From contig CAXXTB010000002.1 of assembly GCA_963676795.2 (NCBI GenBank), positions 2,336,001 through 2,400,000 of the forward strand: 64,000 bases of DNA. The letters are read 5' to 3'. The translations under genes and the position numbers were made by a program. The DNA is from Geopsychrobacteraceae bacterium (lineage in GTDB: Bacteria > Desulfobacterota > Desulfuromonadia > Desulfuromonadales > Geopsychrobacteraceae). Positions 59,672 through 64,000 of this stretch are shown here, piece by piece; the stretch's first letter is position 1; every line of letters begins with the position of its first letter. Under the pieces are notes generated by a model. It saw nothing but the letters and a program-made list of their open reading frames with translations. It was not told the origin of the DNA and did not search any database.

Positions 59672-60382
59672 TTACGCGTCTTTCTCGATATAGAGAATAC
59701 GATTACAGTGCGGACAGGTCAACATCTCGGAGGCACTGAGCAACCGGTTATAGTGCTGTGGCGGCAGCTGCATGTTACACCCCAGACAGGCCCCGTTCTG
59801 GGCCAGGGCCAGGGCCAGGCCACCGCGGCGTTTGAACAGCGCCTGATATTTGCTCAGCAGGCTTTTCGGCAGATCGGCGGCAACAGTCTGACGATTGGCG
59901 GTCTTGGTCTCCAGCTCAGCCTCGGAATCACCCAGCAGCTGGGTCAGTTCGGCGCCACGGGCCTGGACTTTTTCATTGAGCTGTTCCAGTTCGGTCTCTT
60001 TTTCTTTGAGATCCCCCTCAAGAGCACTGATCTCCTGACGTTTCTCCTGCAGCTTGTCGTCAAGATCTTTGTTGGCTTTTTTGGCCAGATCGATCTCTTT
60101 GAGAACAGCGACATATTCCTTCTGGGTCTGGATATCCGGCAGGCGTGATTCAACCCTGGTGACATTGTCACGCTCTTTCTGCAGCTCCTGTAACAGCTCG
60201 CTTTCCTGCGAACTCAATTCAGAGATTTCCTCATTCAGCTGATCAAGCATCTGCTGTACCCTGGCGATGTCGCTCTCCAGCGTAGCCTGTTCATCCTTGT
60301 AACCCTCGCGGGCTTTTTCCAGGGCGCTGATTTCCTGATCGATCTCCTGCAGATCAAGGAGCAGTGTCATCTGGTCATGCAC
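59672..60382 (-). CDS. Coiled-coil C4 zinc-ribbon protein (DUF164)
   Basis: Long coiled coil, CLGCNM..CPHCNRIL. Confidence 0.9.
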   Translation of the reverse strand: MHDQMTLLLDLQEIDQEISALEKAREGYKDEQATLESDIARVQQMLDQLNEEISELSSQESELLQELQKERDNVTRVESRLPDIQTQKEYVAVLKEIDLAKKANKDLDDKLQEKRQEISALEGDLKEKETELEQLNEKVQARGAELTQLLGDSEAELETKTANRQTVAADLPKSLLSKYQALFKRRGGLALALAQNGACLGCNMQLPPQHYNRLLSASEMLTCPHCNRILYIEKDA

Positions 60383-60417
60383 GGTAATACCTCCATAGTT
60401 CGGACTTGATTGCGGCT

Positions 60418-61548
60418 TTAGACAAACGAGAAGGGGTCCTGTTCATCCGCCATTTCTATAATTTCAGCCGCCAGCTGGCGGTCTGCTACGAACCCTCTCA
60501 GGCGTTCTGCCAATTCTTTAACCATCAGACGCTCGGTGGCAAAATGCCCGGCGTCAATTAAGGCCATGCCGTCCTGGCGGGCACGCTGAGCCTCATGAAA
60601 TTTAACATCCCCGGTCACCAGGCAGTCGGCCCCCTGACGCAGGGCCTCAGAGTACATACTGACACCACTGCCACCACAGACGGCAATCTTCTGAACACTC
60701 CTATCCAGATCGCCGGTCAGTCGTAAGGTGTCGATGCCAAGGGCCTGCTTGACCTGTTCGGCGAAGTCACGCAATGACATGGATTCAGCCAAACGCCCGA
60801 TACGCCCCAGACCGATGTCGTTCCTCTCGTTGGCCAGGGGGATCAGATCGTAGGCCACCTCTTCATAAGGGTGAACCTTGATCATCCGCGTCACCACCTT
60901 CGCCACCAGGGGGCGCGGAACGATGGCTTCAACCCTGAGCTCCTCGGTTTCTTCCAGCTCACCGGCCTTACCGATAAACGGGGTCGACTCACGATCGCCA
61001 CGAAAGCTCCCCGTTCCCCGGCTGCGGAAGGAACAACTATCATAGTCGCCGATCTGCCCCGCCCCGGCGGCAAACAGCTCCTGCATGACCTCGCCTTCAT
61101 GTCCAGCAGGAACGAAAACGACGAGCTTGAGGAAGTGACCGCTTTCGGGACGTTCCAGCGGAGCAACCTGCGCAAGCCCAAACCGTGCCGCAAGCCAGTC
61201 GTTTAGGCCGTCTTTTGCCCGGTCCAGGTTGGTATGAGCACTGACCACAGCGATATCGTTCTTGATCGCCTGCATCACCAGGCGTCCGGTCATGTCGCTG
61301 GCAGTAATTCTCTTCAGTGGGCGAAAGATGAAGGGGTGGTGAGAAACAATCAGCTTGGCTCCAAGCTCGGCAGCCTTTCTCAGTGCAATTTCTTCAACAT
61401 CCAGGCAAACAAGAATTTTTTCAATCTCGGCAAGAGGGTCACCGACCTGCAGTCCGACATTGTCCCATTCTTCCGCTAAAGCCGCTGGATAGCTGCTGTT
61501 GAGCCAGCCTAAAAACTCTGTCAAACGGGGCTTTTTCGCTACGGCCAT
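60418..61548 (-). CDS. Nif3-like dinuclear metal centre protein
   Basis: WDNVGL, SHHPFIF, HTNLD, HPYEEVAYD, DAGHFATE. Confidence 0.93.
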   Translation of the reverse strand: MAVAKKPRLTEFLGWLNSSYPAALAEEWDNVGLQVGDPLAEIEKILVCLDVEEIALRKAAELGAKLIVSHHPFIFRPLKRITASDMTGRLVMQAIKNDIAVVSAHTNLDRAKDGLNDWLAARFGLAQVAPLERPESGHFLKLVVFVPAGHEGEVMQELFAAGAGQIGDYDSCSFRSRGTGSFRGDRESTPFIGKAGELEETEELRVEAIVPRPLVAKVVTRMIKVHPYEEVAYDLIPLANERNDIGLGRIGRLAESMSLRDFAEQVKQALGIDTLRLTGDLDRSVQKIAVCGGSGVSMYSEALRQGADCLVTGDVKFHEAQRARQDGMALIDAGHFATERLMVKELAERLRGFVADRQLAAEIIEMADEQDPFSFV

Positions 61549-61561
61549 AGCTAATATCCCC

Positions 61562-61600
61562 AAAAAGAAAGAGTGCACCGGTTTTCCGGTGCACTCTTCT
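61562..61600 (-). terminator. Intrinsic terminator just upstream of the nif3-like gene
   Basis: Minus strand AAGAGTGCACCGG-AAAA-CCGGTGCACTCTT followed by TCTTTTT. Confidence 0.75.
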
Positions 61601-61770
61601 CAGTCTTGTCAGTTTTTTCCATTTTCCAGGTAGCGAGCCTCTTCATCTGAGTATTCCCCCGCTGTATTGCTGCAGCGAGTAACCGATGGTATGCAATTTG
61701 GACTCCGTTCAACTGTAACGCCTGAAAAACTCTATTAGAAAAGCAAAAACTGCGTAACTTTGTAATATCT

Positions 61771-61847
61771 TGGTGGGCCCACCAGGACTCGAACCTGGGA
61801 CCAGCCGGTTATGAGCCGGCGGCTCTAACCAACTGAGCTATAGGCCC
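61771..61847 (-). tRNA. tRNA with CAT anticodon, probably tRNA-Ile2 (lysidine)
   Basis: GGGCCTATAGCTCAGTTGGTTAGAGC-CGCCGGCT-CAT-AACCGG..GTTCGAGTCC..GGGCCCACCA; paired G1-C72 rules out fMet; position after rpoD matches E. coli ileX. Confidence 0.93.
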
Positions 61848-61931
61848 TTCCACAAATACGCAGAATAAGAAAATCGCAGCGCACCTGTCAAGCGATTTTC
61901 TTATTCATCACGCAAAAAGAAACATCCTCCG

Positions 61932-63683
61932 TCACTCGCTCGAAGCGAATCCTTTCAGACGCTTAGCGCGACTTGGATGTCTCAGCTTACGCAGGGCCTT
62001 GGCCTCGATCTGACGAATCCGCTCCCGGGTCACGTTGAAGTCCTGACCAACCTCTTCGAGGGTGTGGTCCGACTTCTCACCGATGCCGAAACGCATACGC
62101 AGAACCTTCTCTTCACGCGGGGTAAGAGACGACAGCACCCGGGAGGTCTGGTCGGACAGGTTGCCCTTGATAACGGCCTCCAGTGGCGAAACAACCCCCT
62201 TGTCCTCGATAAAATCACCCAGCGAGGAATCTTCCTCCTCACCGATCGGGGTCTCGAGGCTGATCGGCTCCTTGGCAATCTTGAGCACGCGGCGGACCTT
62301 GTCGAGCGGCAGATCCATGCGCTCGGCAATCTCCTCCGGGGTCGGCTCACGGCCACATTCCTGAACCAACTGGCGGGTGGTGCGGATCAGCTTGTTGATC
62401 GTTTCGATCATGTGAACAGGAATGCGGATAGTTCTCGCCTGGTCGGCGATCGCCCGGGTAATCGCCTGACGAATCCACCAGGTCGCATAGGTCGAGAACT
62501 TGTAACCGCGGCGGTATTCGAACTTGTCGACCGCCTTCATCAGGCCGATATTCCCCTCCTGAATCAGGTCAAGGAACTGCAGACCACGGTTGGTGTATTT
62601 CTTGGCTATCGAAACAACCAGGCGCAAGTTGGCCTCGATCAGCTCGGTCTTGGCCTTCTTGGCAATCCACTCCCCTTTGTAAACTTCCTTCAGGTACTCG
62701 AGCAGTTCGTCCGGCTCAAAGCCCGACTCTTCACGGACCATCTTGAACTTACGCTCGGCAGCCATCAGACGTTTTTCAACCGACAGCAGGATATCCCCGG
62801 CAACGCCAAGTTCCTCGGCAACAGCGTGAGCTTCCTCATCGCTCTGACGCATGCGGGTCAGATAAGCACCAATCTCAGCGTAAGGCTTCTTGATCTTCTT
62901 TTCGCAATCGGCAACTTCAGCCTGCCCTTTTTTGACCTGATTGCCCATCTCCTTGAGACGGTCGACAATCTTGGCGACCTGAAAATCCTTCAGCCGGACC
63001 TCACGCAGCACATCGATGAAGGCAGCACGCTTTTCTTCCTGCTGCTTTTCAAGGGTTTCCTGCTTCTTCTTGGCCGGACCTTCGGCCAGTTCACCGGCAA
63101 TCGCCCCCAGCTCCTGATCAAGAGCCTGCAGACGAACGTATACGTCCGTCAGACGCTCACGCTGGGTCACCTCTGCCGCATCCCCCTCTTCTTCATCGTA
63201 ATCCCGGGTGATATCGGAGACACTAGCCTGCCCCTTCTCCAGCTTTTCCAGCAGGAGCAGAACTTCACGGGCAGCGATCGGCGTGCGCATAACAACCTTG
63301 GCAACCAGCGCATCCCCTTCTTCAATTCTTTTGGCAATTTCAACTTCCCCCTCACGGGTCAACAGAGCGACCTGCCCCATTTCGCGAAGGTACATACGGA
63401 CTGGATCACTGGTTCGGCCGAGGGTTCCGGCTTCCAGCTCCACATCCCCATCCCCGTCCTCATCATCAAGATCGTCGTCATCCTTGGAACTGGAAATCTT
63501 GCTGTCGGAATCAACGACTTCGATATCCATTTCACCGAACATACTCATCACATCTTCAAGCTGCTCAGAAGAAACCATGCTCGCCGGGAGCATGTCATTC
63601 ACTTCGTCATAGGTCAGGAACCCCTTTTCCTTTCCCATATCGATAAGCTGTTGAACTTCTTCTTGATTTGACTTCTTTGCCAT
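61932..63683 (-). CDS. rpoD: RNA polymerase primary sigma factor RpoD
   Basis: [43 protein letters not shown]. Confidence 0.98.
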   Translation of the reverse strand: MAKKSNQEEVQQLIDMGKEKGFLTYDEVNDMLPASMVSSEQLEDVMSMFGEMDIEVVDSDSKISSSKDDDDLDDEDGDGDVELEAGTLGRTSDPVRMYLREMGQVALLTREGEVEIAKRIEEGDALVAKVVMRTPIAAREVLLLLEKLEKGQASVSDITRDYDEEEGDAAEVTQRERLTDVYVRLQALDQELGAIAGELAEGPAKKKQETLEKQQEEKRAAFIDVLREVRLKDFQVAKIVDRLKEMGNQVKKGQAEVADCEKKIKKPYAEIGAYLTRMRQSDEEAHAVAEELGVAGDILLSVEKRLMAAERKFKMVREESGFEPDELLEYLKEVYKGEWIAKKAKTELIEANLRLVVSIAKKYTNRGLQFLDLIQEGNIGLMKAVDKFEYRRGYKFSTYATWWIRQAITRAIADQARTIRIPVHMIETINKLIRTTRQLVQECGREPTPEEIAERMDLPLDKVRRVLKIAKEPISLETPIGEEEDSSLGDFIEDKGVVSPLEAVIKGNLSDQTSRVLSSLTPREEKVLRMRFGIGEKSDHTLEEVGQDFNVTRERIRQIEAKALRKLRHPSRAKRLKGFASSE

Positions 63684-63785
63684 CAGGGTCTGTTCTCCTC
63701 TGCGTTCTGACATCATGCAGACTGAATGGGTTATCTTTTTATTGTACCTGCTTTGCAGGATACTTTCATGCGCTCAGGAGGTTTT

Positions 63786-64000
63786 CTACCTGCGCCCTTT
63801 GAGCTGTATCAGCAGGTCCGCCAGTTCCTTGCAATAAATATCCGCCTGTGCGGTGTCCCCAGCCTGCTCGGCCTGCGGGATCTTTTGTTTCTGCAAGTCT
63901 GCTATACGTTCCTGAAGCGACAGCTTTTCAAGCGCCCAAATACAGTCGTCAGCTATTCTCTGAGCGTTCTCGCTGTAGCGACCGTCATCGATCGCCAGAT
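63786..64000 (-). CDS. dnaG: C-terminal end of probable DNA primase (partial)
   Basis: Open frame LAIDDGRYSENAQRIADDCIWALEK..QLKGRR*, helical; assigned by position directly upstream of rpoD. Confidence 0.65.
   Translation of the reverse strand, partial: LAIDDGRYSENAQRIADDCIWALEKLSLQERIADLQKQKIPQAEQAGDTAQADIYCKELADLLIQLKGRR

Noticed and set aside
61977..63671. 564-aa plus-strand ORF
   Set aside because: Antisense shadow of rpoD caused by codon bias
1..64000. CRISPR array, IS element, integrase or prophage
   Set aside because: No spaced direct repeats and no transposase, integrase or phage structural motifs seen

Overview
A 64 kb chromosomal window from a deltaproteobacterium, most likely Desulfuromonadales. 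This is inferred from an OmcB-like porin-cytochrome operon, a PEP-CTERM protein, Geobacter-style nif regulation and the dnaG-rpoD-tRNA(CAT)-nif3-zinc ribbon-rnpB block. I see no prophage, IS element or CRISPR array. In order it holds: LemA/TPM module; short autotransporter; glycerate kinase; PAS sensor with no kinase domain; a MoxR/CobS-like AAA+ ATPase and HExxH-VWA pair behind CRP-like and Fur-like boxes; rubrerythrin with a rubredoxin-fused NADH oxidoreductase; tmcAL, sfsA and a CLC-F fluoride exporter; ald/Lrp; arginase with a TIGR00300-like enzyme; phage-type dNMP kinase; sigma54-driven PEP-CTERM gene; ABC-F; SulP; cyclase; rnr. Next come an ArsC-like selenoprotein (in-frame TGA, UxxC) missed by the ORF track and a nifE-nifN-(nifU_N/nifQ fusion)-cowN operon. 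A porin/10-heme/12-heme conduit plus a second porin sits between the divergent nifE and nifV sigma54 promoters. nifV carries tandem NtrC-type boxes and an ANTAR-type antiterminator. The window ends with an Orange-protein-like NifX/MinD-ferredoxin operon with FprA, an ATP-grasp/LOG cluster, RNase P RNA, tRNA-Ile2, rpoD and the 3' end of dnaG. All family calls come from reading motifs by eye; no database searches were run.
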